A DNA stretch of 32,000 nt from Candidatus Lokiarchaeum ossiferum (GTDB lineage: Archaea > Asgardarchaeota > Lokiarchaeia > Sigyniarchaeales > Promethearchaeaceae): the NCBI GenBank assembly GCA_025839675.1, contig CP104013.1, positions 3,300,001 through 3,332,000 on the forward strand. Direction: 5' to 3'. Below are positions 15,738 through 24,233 of the stretch, one piece after another (within the stretch, counting starts at the first letter, position 1; every line of letters starts with the position of its first letter). The notes beneath the pieces are model-generated. The model had not been told where the DNA came from and searched no databases. It saw only the letters and a program-made list of their open reading frames with translations. The position numbers and the translations under genes were made by a program.

Positions 15738-16256
15738 ATGTCCGATTTAATTCAATTGGCACTTAATTTTGCACAAAAAAAACACTTGGGGCAAAATAGA
15801 AAATTTGATGGAACACCATATATCAATCATCCAATAGGGGTTGTAAAGATTTTAAAAGAATATACATCCGATGAAGAGATCATTTGTGCAGCCTATTTAC
15901 ACGACACTGTGGAGGATACAAATACAACCCTTGAAGAAATTCAATCAATCTTCCATCAAAAGATTACATTATTAGTTAAGGAACTAACTACAAATCGAGA
16001 TATTGAAAAGAAAATGGGAAAACCACAGTATTTAACTCAAAAAATAAATATGATGAGTGAGAAAGCAAAATTGATAAAACTGGCAGATCGATTACATAAT
16101 GTCTCAGATATTGAAAAAAATCCAATAGAATTTGGAAATAGATATGCCAAAGAGACTGAATTTATTCTAAATAATATCACATTCAACCCAACACATATCT
16201 CAGCACTTTTGATTGAGAAAATTTGGGAAAAAATAAATCCAATTTTAGCAAAATGA
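15738..16256 (+). CDS. HD-domain hydrolase of the SpoT/Mesh1 (small alarmone hydrolase-like) type
   Basis: ALNFAQKKHLGQNRKFDGTPYINHPIGVVKIL ... AAYLHDTVEDT ... LVKELT ... IKLADRLHN matches the RelA/SpoT HD hydrolase signature. No synthetase domain is present. Confidence 0.85.
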   Translation: MSDLIQLALNFAQKKHLGQNRKFDGTPYINHPIGVVKILKEYTSDEEIICAAYLHDTVEDTNTTLEEIQSIFHQKITLLVKELTTNRDIEKKMGKPQYLTQKINMMSEKAKLIKLADRLHNVSDIEKNPIEFGNRYAKETEFILNNITFNPTHISALLIEKIWEKINPILAK

Positions 16257-16302
16257 TAAAAATCATTTTATCCAAGATATTAATATAAAAAAAAAGGGAA
16301 CA

Positions 16303-16830
16303 ATGTTGAAGCTAGAAAAATCTAAAGAAACGGTTTGGTCAATTAAAAGAAAAGATATTGCCGGAAAATTTGTATTAAGATCGACGGAGAGTAGTGGAAA
16401 GTTAGTAAAAGTCTCCATATCTTTAGTCAATGAACAAAATACCGAAGTTTCTTTTCAAATGAACTATCTTGAATTTAAAAATTTCTTTGGAATTTTATCG
16501 AGTTTTAAGGAGTTAATCGAATCTCCTGAGCACTTGGCTCAAAACCAAAATATATTAGAAGAGGTCCCCATTCTGGAAAAATCTATTAAGTCAGAAAGAA
16601 TATCTGATGATTTAGATCTTAAAGCCATTTCTGAAACCCTAGATAACTTAGATTTAGGGCTCGCAGCGGTAAAATCTTTAGGCGAAAACAAATTAAAAAG
16701 AGATTTAAATATGCCAAATATACCAATCAACCTTAGACAGGCGGAAAAAAAAAAAAATATTCAACAACCGGTAGAACCAAAACCCCAAAAAAGAAAAATG
16801 TTGAAGGAAACAGATTGGGATCCTTGGTAA
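16303..16830 (+). CDS. Hypothetical protein (beta-rich N-terminal domain, K-rich linker, acidic-aromatic tail DWDPW)
   Basis: 175-aa ORF with codon usage typical of the window. I recognise no motif. Confidence 0.6.
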   Translation: MLKLEKSKETVWSIKRKDIAGKFVLRSTESSGKLVKVSISLVNEQNTEVSFQMNYLEFKNFFGILSSFKELIESPEHLAQNQNILEEVPILEKSIKSERISDDLDLKAISETLDNLDLGLAAVKSLGENKLKRDLNMPNIPINLRQAEKKKNIQQPVEPKPQKRKMLKETDWDPW

Positions 16831-16840
16831 ATTGCAATTT

Positions 16841-17428
16841 TTACTCTCTTTCTTTAATAGTGATTAATTCTCGTAGTAAAGCATTTTCTGTAATCGCATA
16901 GGGTTGAAGATTGGGTAATTTTCGCCGCATACGAATGAACATTTCGGTGTAATGTTCAGCACGTTCTTTTTGTTTTAATAAATCATTTCTGGATTGCTCT
17001 CGAATAACTGATGCAGGATTTCCTTTCATTATTGCTCTTTCTGCAACAATCATTCCCGACGCTATCGTTGATTCAGCGATAATTACTGCCCCTTCACCAA
17101 TGGAAGATCTCTCATTAACTAAAACATTTTCCCCAATGGTAATATAATCAGTCATAAAAGTTCCAAAAATACATGTCCCAGTTTCAATTATCGTGTAATT
17201 CCCAATATCAATTGGACTTTTATCAGATCTTGTGAACATCATTACTCCATCAAAAATAGTTACATATTGACCAATTGAAATTGGAGCATATTCAGCTCTC
17301 ATGAAAACTCCAGGCCAAATTACGGAATTAGGACCAATTTTAATATCTCCAACTAAAGTTGCATTTGGAGAAACCCAAGCAGAAGGATCGATTTGTGGTT
17401 TTTTATTTTTATATTCTAATAATGGCAA
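16841..17428 (-). CDS. Left-handed beta-helix (hexapeptide repeat) protein, gamma-carbonic-anhydrase-like/PaaY-like
   Basis: The N-terminus (P.IDPSAWVSPNATLVGDIKIGPNSVIWPGVFMRAE) and repeated hexapeptide periodicity match the gamma-CA/YrdA family. The expected metal-binding His positions read MF, ET and IFG. Confidence 0.8.
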   Translation of the reverse strand: MPLLEYKNKKPQIDPSAWVSPNATLVGDIKIGPNSVIWPGVFMRAEYAPISIGQYVTIFDGVMMFTRSDKSPIDIGNYTIIETGTCIFGTFMTDYITIGENVLVNERSSIGEGAVIIAESTIASGMIVAERAIMKGNPASVIREQSRNDLLKQKERAEHYTEMFIRMRRKLPNLQPYAITENALLRELITIKERE

Positions 17429-17761
17429 TTCCTAGCATCATCTCATTTTTTCTATATTACTAATAATTAAGTTCTTTATCGTTAAAAGATCATTATAATA
17501 TATTCAAAAAAAAAAAAAATTAGAAAATTCAATCACATTTTTATATATTCAATAATGCACCAATTTGATTTCTTTGATATCAATCTTTTTTTTTGATTTC
17601 TATTTTATTTGATGAATTTTCTAGAGGTAAATTATCTGCGGAGAATTTTTTCAGTTAGTTTAAATATATGACCACGATAGTTTTATTAACAATAATTAAA
17701 AATTTTAATAAAATAATTAGAGGGTTTTATACCAAAAATATTAACAAAAGGAATAAAAAAA

Positions 17762-18676
17762 ATGAATGAAGTTGCCTTTATCAAAGAAAAAAACATGTTA
17801 AATCAAGAAATGGAGTTAAATTATTGCCCTGAGTGTGAATCCAACAATATTATTGTTGATCAAGCTCGGGGAGAAAGTGTTTGTATCAATTGTGGATTAG
17901 TAATTTCTCATCATATCATTGATCATGGAAGAGAAGGAAGAAGATCCTTTTCAATGGATGAAAAATCAAAGCGAGATCAAACAGGGAGCCCTGTTTCGGC
18001 ATTATTGCCTGATTTAGGTTTAGCTACAGTTATCGACACAAATACTGCCCTATCTCAAAGAATGAAGAGAATAATTAAATGGAACACCCGAATGAGTTGG
18101 TCCAATCGAAATATGCTTATTGCGGCCACAGAAATTAAAAGAATCGGAAGTTTACTGAACCTTCCTTTAAGAGTTAAGGAATTTGCTGCAAAAATATATC
18201 GACAAGCGTTCAAATTAAAATTGCTTAGGGGGAGATCAATTAAAGCTATGGTTGCAGCAAGTTTGTATTATTCTTGCAGAGCAGAACGAATACCTCGAAC
18301 TTTGCAAGAAATTTTAAAATTTACAGATAGCGATCCTCGGGATGTTAGACGTTGTTATCGTACTCTTATTCGAGAGTTGAAATTGAGTGTCCCAACATTA
18401 GATCCTATAATATTAGTACCAAAATATATTACAGCCCTACAATTAGATAATGAAGTTGAAAAAACTGCAATTAAAATAATTAAACTATATTCAAAAAAAT
18501 ATAACATTGCGGGAAGAGATCCTAAAGGAATATTAGCTGCAGCGATTTATGTATCTTGTTTACACCATCATCAAAATCGGTCACAAAGTATTATTGCAAA
18601 GACAATACAAGTTACCGAAGTCACTTTACGGTCAAGATTTAAAGAAATCTCAAAAATTATTAGAGTTCAGTTGTAA
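17762..18676 (+). CDS. tfb: Transcription initiation factor IIB (TFB)
   Basis: N-terminal Zn ribbon CPEC...CINCG, B-reader/linker, and two cyclin-like repeats (RVKEFAAKIYRQA ..., GRDPKGILAAAIYVSC ...). Confidence 0.95.
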   Translation: MNEVAFIKEKNMLNQEMELNYCPECESNNIIVDQARGESVCINCGLVISHHIIDHGREGRRSFSMDEKSKRDQTGSPVSALLPDLGLATVIDTNTALSQRMKRIIKWNTRMSWSNRNMLIAATEIKRIGSLLNLPLRVKEFAAKIYRQAFKLKLLRGRSIKAMVAASLYYSCRAERIPRTLQEILKFTDSDPRDVRRCYRTLIRELKLSVPTLDPIILVPKYITALQLDNEVEKTAIKIIKLYSKKYNIAGRDPKGILAAAIYVSCLHHHQNRSQSIIAKTIQVTEVTLRSRFKEISKIIRVQL

Positions 18677-18680
18677 TACA

Positions 18681-18690
18681 TTTTTTTTTT
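18681..18690 (+). terminator. T10 tract, terminator candidate for tfb
   Basis: Ten consecutive T begin 5 nt after the tfb stop codon (18674-18676). Confidence 0.4.
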
Positions 18691-18697
18691 GTTTTCA

Positions 18698-19654
18698 TTA
18701 TGTTGAAATATTTAATATATTAGATATTTGGGATGCTAATATTGGCAAATAATTTTGACTCAATTGATAGGTCCTTGTATTTTTTGCCAACGTTACTATA
18801 TTCAATACTTCTCCTTCAGGTATATCAAAAGATTGCATGAAAAGAATTGCAGAATGCTTATTGACAGAGCTATTTTTTTCAATAATATCATAATTTACGT
18901 TCAAAATTAAGTTCTGTGAAGAAAATTTCAACTCTTCAATTTCGGACATTGTATAAAGAAATCTAGGCCCAATTTTTTCACAAATTTGTAACAAATGATT
19001 ATGGTTCGAGTGATTTCCAATTGTTAACATATCATTTGAAAGTATCAATACTGCTAAAGAAGAAGTTATTTTTGTGTATGCTTTTAATTGAGCGGATATC
19101 ATTTGTGAAACAGGAGATGATTTCATAACGCCTTCAGAAAATAATTTGTATATTGTAGATATATCGTGAATACTCGTTTGGTTTATACTACATGAAAACT
19201 TTTTTGAAATTGCAGTAATTTTTGTTGATAAGAATACTATATTTTCTAAGATATTAGGATCCTCCTTGATATCAGGATCATTTTTATGAAAACAGACAAC
19301 TATCTGGGGATTTTCATCTAATAAAATAAAATTATCCAAGATCTTGAGATAATAATCTAAAGATTCTTTAAATCTATTGGAATCTGTGATATCAATGATA
19401 TAAAATAAGACAGAAGTATTTGTGAACATATGATACTTTTTTTCAAGGTACCTCTTTCGAAATCTTCCTTGTCCTCCCATGTCCCAAGCGACAAATTTTA
19501 GTCCTAATAATGAGGATGTTGTTATATTAGAGCGTTCCAATCCCATCGTAGGAGTACTATTCATGAAAGAAAATTTTTTTTGGAACGAAAGGATTATAGA
19601 AGATTTTCCACTATTATCTAAACCTGCAAATAATATTTTTTTTTGAATAACCAT
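18698..19654 (-). CDS. Rag/Gtr-like small GTPase with C-terminal roadblock-type domain
   Basis: G1 is GLDNSGKS, G3 is WDMGGQ, and G4 reads HKND (His instead of Asn, as in Rag/Gtr HKxD). TSIHDISTIYKLFSEGVMKSSP resembles my memory of RagA [21 protein letters not shown]. A further ~140-aa C-terminal domain brings the total to 318 aa, similar to RagA. Confidence 0.75.
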   Translation of the reverse strand: MVIQKKILFAGLDNSGKSSIILSFQKKFSFMNSTPTMGLERSNITTSSLLGLKFVAWDMGGQGRFRKRYLEKKYHMFTNTSVLFYIIDITDSNRFKESLDYYLKILDNFILLDENPQIVVCFHKNDPDIKEDPNILENIVFLSTKITAISKKFSCSINQTSIHDISTIYKLFSEGVMKSSPVSQMISAQLKAYTKITSSLAVLILSNDMLTIGNHSNHNHLLQICEKIGPRFLYTMSEIEELKFSSQNLILNVNYDIIEKNSSVNKHSAILFMQSFDIPEGEVLNIVTLAKNTRTYQLSQNYLPILASQISNILNIST

Positions 19655-19735
19655 GAAGCTTAACCCTCCAAAAGAGATAACTTTTGAAATTGATATTGTT
19701 ATGACTTTATAAGTGGTTAAAAAATACGAAAAAAA

Positions 19736-20095
19736 TTACTTGGTTCGTTTGATAATGTGATATCCAAATTGAGATTTAACTGGTTCCGAAATTTGTCCAA
19801 CGCTTAATTTTGTGCACGCATTCCAAAATTCAGAAACCATTTTTTCTTTTCCAAAAACTCCAAGATTTCCTCCTTTATTCTTACTCGAACAAGTTGAGTA
19901 TTTCACAGCCATATCCCGAAAATCGGCTCCAGCAGCTATATCATCCCTAATTCGCTGAGCTTCAGATAGTTTTTTAACCAGTATATGACTCGCACCGATT
20001 TTTCCGCCTTTTATTGCAGAACCACCTTTAGAGGGTGAACCTCCTTTATTTGTATTTTTATTCTTTCCCATTTTGCTCACTTTTTTTATTTTCAA
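19736..20095 (-). CDS. Parvulin-type peptidyl-prolyl isomerase with basic G/K-rich N-terminal extension (Par14-like)
   Basis: The core, ASHILVKK ... FRDMAVKYSTCSSKNKGGNLGVFGKEKMVSEFWNA ... KSQFGYHIIKRTK, matches parvulin. The N-terminus is MGKNKNTNKGGSPSKGGSAIKGGK. An alternative start lies at 20071. Confidence 0.85.
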   Translation of the reverse strand: MKIKKVSKMGKNKNTNKGGSPSKGGSAIKGGKIGASHILVKKLSEAQRIRDDIAAGADFRDMAVKYSTCSSKNKGGNLGVFGKEKMVSEFWNACTKLSVGQISEPVKSQFGYHIIKRTK

Positions 20096-20807
20096 CCTTA
20101 ATTACAGTTGACAAATCATAAAGATTGTTAACATGGTAATCCGGTTTTATTTTATATTTTTGTTTGGTAATATTTGGATCATATTTCGTTCCCCTGTGAA
20201 TCAAAATCGTAATCATTCCCACAGTTTTCGCAGGTGTAATATCTTTATCTACTCGATCTCCGATATATATTACTTCCTCAGGTTTTAAATTATGTTTTTC
20301 TAAAAACAATTCAAACAAGAATGGATTCGGTTTTCGGGCTGCAACTTCATCTGAAATAATAATTTCATCAAGTAAATCTTCAATTTTCATTCTCAATATT
20401 TTTTCATATTGTTTTTTGGGGGATCCATCCGTTATTATTGCACTTTTAATACCATTATTTCGCAACTTCTCCAGAGTCTTAATTACATCTTTAAAAGGCT
20501 TGAAATGTTTAACTTTTTCCCGATGATATCCCATTATACCAGCAGCAGCATATTTATTGATATTATAGGATTCACTTAACTTTACTTTAGGATCATTTTG
20601 CAAACGAATCATTAAATTATCTAAATGAGACTCGCTATTAGAGCCAAATTCTAAAACAACTTCATTTAGAATTTTAATAGCATATTCTTCCTCTACAGGT
20701 AAACCATATTTTATCATCATCTGTACTGAGGCTTTCCGTGCTTTTTCAACTAATAAAGTTCCATTAAATAATGTATCATCAAGATCAAATACTACAAATT
20801 TAATCAT
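20058..20807 (-). CDS. HAD-superfamily hydrolase (subfamily IA-like)
   Basis: Motif I VVFDLDDTL, motif II-like AIITDGS, motif III K, motif IV IGDRVDKDI. The 3' end overlaps the start of the parvulin gene. Confidence 0.85.
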   Translation of the reverse strand: MIKFVVFDLDDTLFNGTLLVEKARKASVQMMIKYGLPVEEEYAIKILNEVVLEFGSNSESHLDNLMIRLQNDPKVKLSESYNINKYAAAGIMGYHREKVKHFKPFKDVIKTLEKLRNNGIKSAIITDGSPKKQYEKILRMKIEDLLDEIIISDEVAARKPNPFLFELFLEKHNLKPEEVIYIGDRVDKDITPAKTVGMITILIHRGTKYDPNITKQKYKIKPDYHVNNLYDLSTVIKVENKKSEQNGKE

Positions 20808-20953
20808 TTTTTATTCCGTATAATTTTTTCAATAACCTATTATTAACCATTAAATTTTAACCATTAAATTTTTTAGCTTATTTTAATCATTTTTTTTTTT
20901 AGTTTGAAAATAAGATAATTTTTTAGATTTAAAAACCAATTGATGAATCAGAC

Positions 20954-22300
20954 ATGAAAGCTGCAGTTGCAATTAGTTATTTTCATAGAAAAATTGGACC
21001 CATGGTTTTTTATTCTTATCCCGAAGATATATTATTAAAAGAAGAAAAAGCACGATTAGCAGATGGAATGGATCAAGCCTATGAAGAAGGGTTTTTTACC
21101 CATAAATTCAATGAACTCGCTTCCATGAACTATTATTTCGAGATTGAAAGTCAATTTGCACGTGGAAAAAAAGAGATGTTAATGATTAGTTTTATTATGG
21201 ATTCTAATCCAAATTCAATTGTTGAAGGGTTAATCATTGATTTTTGCAATGCTTTCGCTGATCGTTTAAAATTGAACAAGGAAATTTATAAAGCCTTTTA
21301 TAATGCTGATGATGCACAAGTATCTGATGGTGACGAAAAAGATATAAAAAAATACAAAGAAGATTTGCAATTTTGGGTACGCGAATTATATTGGATGGGT
21401 ATTGAGGAATTAAGGGAAAGAACAGAAGAAGAAAAATGGGCAACGGTCATGGCTAAACCAGAAATTTTTAAGGTGATAAAAAAGATTTCTAAGGGTCCAA
21501 TATCTTTAGAGGATCTCAAAAAATGGTTTGATACAGTTTTTCCAGCGTTTAGCCTTGAAAAAATATTAGAAGAACTTGAAGAAGAAAAATTCATTTTTGT
21601 CAATCAAATAGGGCTAGATAACTATGTATTACTGGTCAAAGAAGTTTTTATTCAGAGAGTGCCTCCCAATTGTATCATTGATTTAGAAGAAGGATCTCCA
21701 GGAAATGCGGAATTGACTGTAATTTATATAAATGAAGTTAGGGATTTTTTTGAGTATTATCAGCCTACTCCTCTAGATTCGTTAGAATTGTTTAAATTAA
21801 TCGCCAATCCCAAAATATATAATGTGATTTCTCAATTGCGAGAAGGTCCCTTGCCTAGGGAAAAGATTATTTCCATGGTTTCAGAATCTTCTTCAAAAGC
21901 TTTATTGAAATCTCTTGATTTATTGCAAGAAAATAGTGTGATTCAAGCATTTTCATATAATAACGTCCTTCGGTATATGTTGAAAACAGATATTGTCCTT
22001 ACAGCAAGCTTCCCAGAGTATTTAAAACGTTTGTTGCCAAAAGAAACTAAAGGCTACATTGCTAGACCATATTCACATCGCACCAATTCACTTACTACTG
22101 AAAATGAAAAAAAACAACCCATAAATAAATTAAATTCTATGGATTTTAATCATGAACTGATTTCATCTCATAGTTTAGATGACCAACTTATTGATAATGA
22201 ACAAGATTTTTTCGATAATGAAATGGGATCAGAATATAAAAAACAAAAAATCGCTGAACTCCAAAAAGATCTTCTTAAAAAATTGATGAATGACGAATAA
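20954..22300 (+). CDS. Hypothetical protein: longin-like N-terminal domain plus two winged-helix-like repeats and an acidic tail
   Basis: 448 aa. The N-terminus (AVAISYFHRKIGPMVFYSYPE ... MLMISFIMDS ... IIDFCNAFADRL) has a beta-beta-alpha-beta-beta-beta-alpha pattern. Two repeats begin KPEIFKVIKKISKGPISLEDL (aa ~168) and NPKIYNVISQLREGPLPREKI (aa ~285). Confidence 0.7.
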   Translation: MKAAVAISYFHRKIGPMVFYSYPEDILLKEEKARLADGMDQAYEEGFFTHKFNELASMNYYFEIESQFARGKKEMLMISFIMDSNPNSIVEGLIIDFCNAFADRLKLNKEIYKAFYNADDAQVSDGDEKDIKKYKEDLQFWVRELYWMGIEELRERTEEEKWATVMAKPEIFKVIKKISKGPISLEDLKKWFDTVFPAFSLEKILEELEEEKFIFVNQIGLDNYVLLVKEVFIQRVPPNCIIDLEEGSPGNAELTVIYINEVRDFFEYYQPTPLDSLELFKLIANPKIYNVISQLREGPLPREKIISMVSESSSKALLKSLDLLQENSVIQAFSYNNVLRYMLKTDIVLTASFPEYLKRLLPKETKGYIARPYSHRTNSLTTENEKKQPINKLNSMDFNHELISSHSLDDQLIDNEQDFFDNEMGSEYKKQKIAELQKDLLKKLMNDE

Positions 22301-22310
22301 AAAAAAAAAA
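22299..22310 (-). terminator. T12 tract on the minus strand, terminator candidate for the inositol-phosphate synthase gene
   Basis: A12 on the plus strand equals T12 on the minus strand, lying immediately after the minus-strand stop at 22311-22313. Confidence 0.4.
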
Positions 22311-23507
22311 TTAATTTTTACGTTTACCCTCAATAAATTCTTTTACCCACTCTTTTGCCAAAACATCTGAAGGAGGTTGGATATGAGGATGTTTAAAACT
22401 GAAAGAACTGATGGATTCTAGCCTACCCGCAATTTTTCGATTTAATGCTAATTTCATTACTCGTATTATATCACATACTACTCCGGCACTATTGGGAGAA
22501 TCTTCAACTCTAAGTTTTAAATCAGCCACCAAAGGCAATCCTCCAAATGTAATACCGTTTATTCTTATGTAACAGATTTTTTTATCTTCTAAGAAGGGAA
22601 CATAGTCTGAAGGACCAATTCTGCAATCAATATCATAAGGTAAACAGCTGGTTACAGCAGATGTTTTTGATTTCCGCTTAGTTGTCAATCTATTTTCCAT
22701 TTTCATATTTTCAAAATCAGTATTACCACCAATGTTCAATTGATATGTATCTTTTACTACAACTCCACGATCTAAAAATAATTTTGCTAGTACTCGATGG
22801 GAGATTGTAGCGCCCACTTGACTTTTAATATCGTCTCCAGCACATGGTAATCCTTTATTCTCAAATTCAGCAACCCAATCTTTATCACCGTCGATATGCT
22901 CACTCACAATGAATTCTGGTATGGCATTAATAAATCCACAACTTGCATCAAGAGCCGCTTGAGCATAGGCTCTTGAAGCTTCAAATGACCCAACAGGAAG
23001 GAAATTGACCAAGATTTCTGCATTCGATTCTTTTAACACCTTGGCAACATCACATGTTGGAATTTCTTCAGGTTTATAACAATGAAATGAATCTATCATA
23101 TGAGGTGCACAACCATCTAAAATAGGCCCTGCGCTAACTTTTACTCCGGTGACAGGCATATCTTCATGAGATACAATCGGTTGAACTACGTTTGGGGCTT
23201 CATAAATTGCATCACGAATGTCTTTACCAATTTTTAATGAATTAATATCAAAAGCTGCCACAATCTTTATATCTTTGTATAAATATCCCCCCACACTTGG
23301 ATTCATTAATCCATTGATATAGGAATCTTCTGGTGAAATATTTTTATAGAATTCTATTCCCATTACTAAGGCAGCAGCACAGTTACCTAATCCCGCTATA
23401 GCAACGCGAATCTCGTGTTTTCCACTTGTTTGATCATCCGGATTTGCCACGGTACCTAATGACATATCTGAATTAGTGGAAACTTTATCATACACTTTTT
23501 CAGGCAT
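22311..23507 (-). CDS. ino1: myo-Inositol-1-phosphate synthase
   Basis: IRVAIAGLGNCAAALVMGIEFY, LPVGS, GDDIKSQVGATISHRVLAKLF, LNIGGNTDF, SKTSAVTS and DSPNSAGV closely follow the bacterial/archaeal Ino1 (Rv0046c-type) sequence as I remember it. Confidence 0.95.
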   Translation of the reverse strand: MPEKVYDKVSTNSDMSLGTVANPDDQTSGKHEIRVAIAGLGNCAAALVMGIEFYKNISPEDSYINGLMNPSVGGYLYKDIKIVAAFDINSLKIGKDIRDAIYEAPNVVQPIVSHEDMPVTGVKVSAGPILDGCAPHMIDSFHCYKPEEIPTCDVAKVLKESNAEILVNFLPVGSFEASRAYAQAALDASCGFINAIPEFIVSEHIDGDKDWVAEFENKGLPCAGDDIKSQVGATISHRVLAKLFLDRGVVVKDTYQLNIGGNTDFENMKMENRLTTKRKSKTSAVTSCLPYDIDCRIGPSDYVPFLEDKKICYIRINGITFGGLPLVADLKLRVEDSPNSAGVVCDIIRVMKLALNRKIAGRLESISSFSFKHPHIQPPSDVLAKEWVKEFIEGKRKN

Positions 23508-23590
23508 TTTTATTCTTTGTAAACTAGTTAAAGCCTGTTTTTAAAGAGATATTTAAAAATTAGTCCTTTTTTAGGGGACAAATAGGATCA

Positions 23591-23598
23591 TTTATATA
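23591..23598 (+). promoter_or_regulatory. TATA-box candidate (TTTATATA) for the 23628 gene
   Basis: It matches the archaeal TATA consensus TTTAWATA and ends 30 nt upstream of the ATG. That spacing fits a leaderless or short-leader transcript. Confidence 0.4.
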
Positions 23599-23627
23599 TT
23601 TTTGTAGTATATTTTATTTTATACATT

Positions 23628-24104
23628 ATGGTTGAAAAACGAAGGGGAAAAGCACGACTTAAAATTTATATCCCATTTCACAAATGGGAAGAATGGAAAA
23701 CTCATTTAGAAGAAAACCAACCTTATTCTGTTTTTCACATTAATTTTAGTCAATGGTTAAGATCTTGTTTTCAAAAAGTTCCAAATTCTCAAACAATCCC
23801 TCAATATCCAATTCGCCCAAATACTACTTCAAATCTTTGTGCATTTAATACCAAGAAGATTGAAAAAACAATATGGATACCAATAGAAATGAAACATGCT
23901 CTTAAAATTAAGAAGGGAGGGCTCAGTCTAAATGCTTTCATTCTTCTTATAATCGATTTACATATATATGGAGGGACAACAGAAAATCAACGAATATTTC
24001 AAATTCTTAACCTTCAAGAACGAATTGATGAACTGGATTTAAAACTTCATCAGCTTTCTGATAAAACTTACATCCAATCTCAAGTAATTGATAATAATTT
24101 TTAA
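23628..24104 (+). CDS. Hypothetical protein (two possible ribbon-helix-helix-like segments, C-terminal coiled coil)
   Basis: 158-aa ORF preceded by a TATA-like box. Segments ARLKIYIPFHKWEEWKTHL and KTIWIPIEMKHALKIKKGGLSLNAFILLIIDL have the strand-helix-helix pattern. The function call is weak. Confidence 0.55.
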   Translation: MVEKRRGKARLKIYIPFHKWEEWKTHLEENQPYSVFHINFSQWLRSCFQKVPNSQTIPQYPIRPNTTSNLCAFNTKKIEKTIWIPIEMKHALKIKKGGLSLNAFILLIIDLHIYGGTTENQRIFQILNLQERIDELDLKLHQLSDKTYIQSQVIDNNF

Positions 24105-24169
24105 CAATTTCAATTTTTCCTTCATAAAGAGGGATATATATAACAAAAACAACTTAGATAAACATGAGT

Positions 24170-24233
24170 GGCTCAGCGTGGGGCGACAACATCATCGTTG
24201 GTAAACTCCGCTTGTCATAGGATCATCATTGCC
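24170..24233 (-). ncRNA. C/D-box sRNA (2'-O-methylation guide)
   Basis: Minus-strand reading: GGC-A-ATGATGA(C)-tcctatgacaag(12 nt)-CGGA(D', degenerate)-gtttaccaacg-ATGATGT(C')-tgtcgccccacg(12 nt)-CTGA(D)-GCC. The spacers are the canonical 12 nt and a terminal GGC/GCC stem is present. It lies in a GC-rich island. Confidence 0.7.

Noticed and set aside
18549-18752. 67-aa ORF spanning the tfb 3' end and the Rag-like gene 3' end
   Set aside because: It overlaps two well-supported convergent genes and crosses the T10 terminator.
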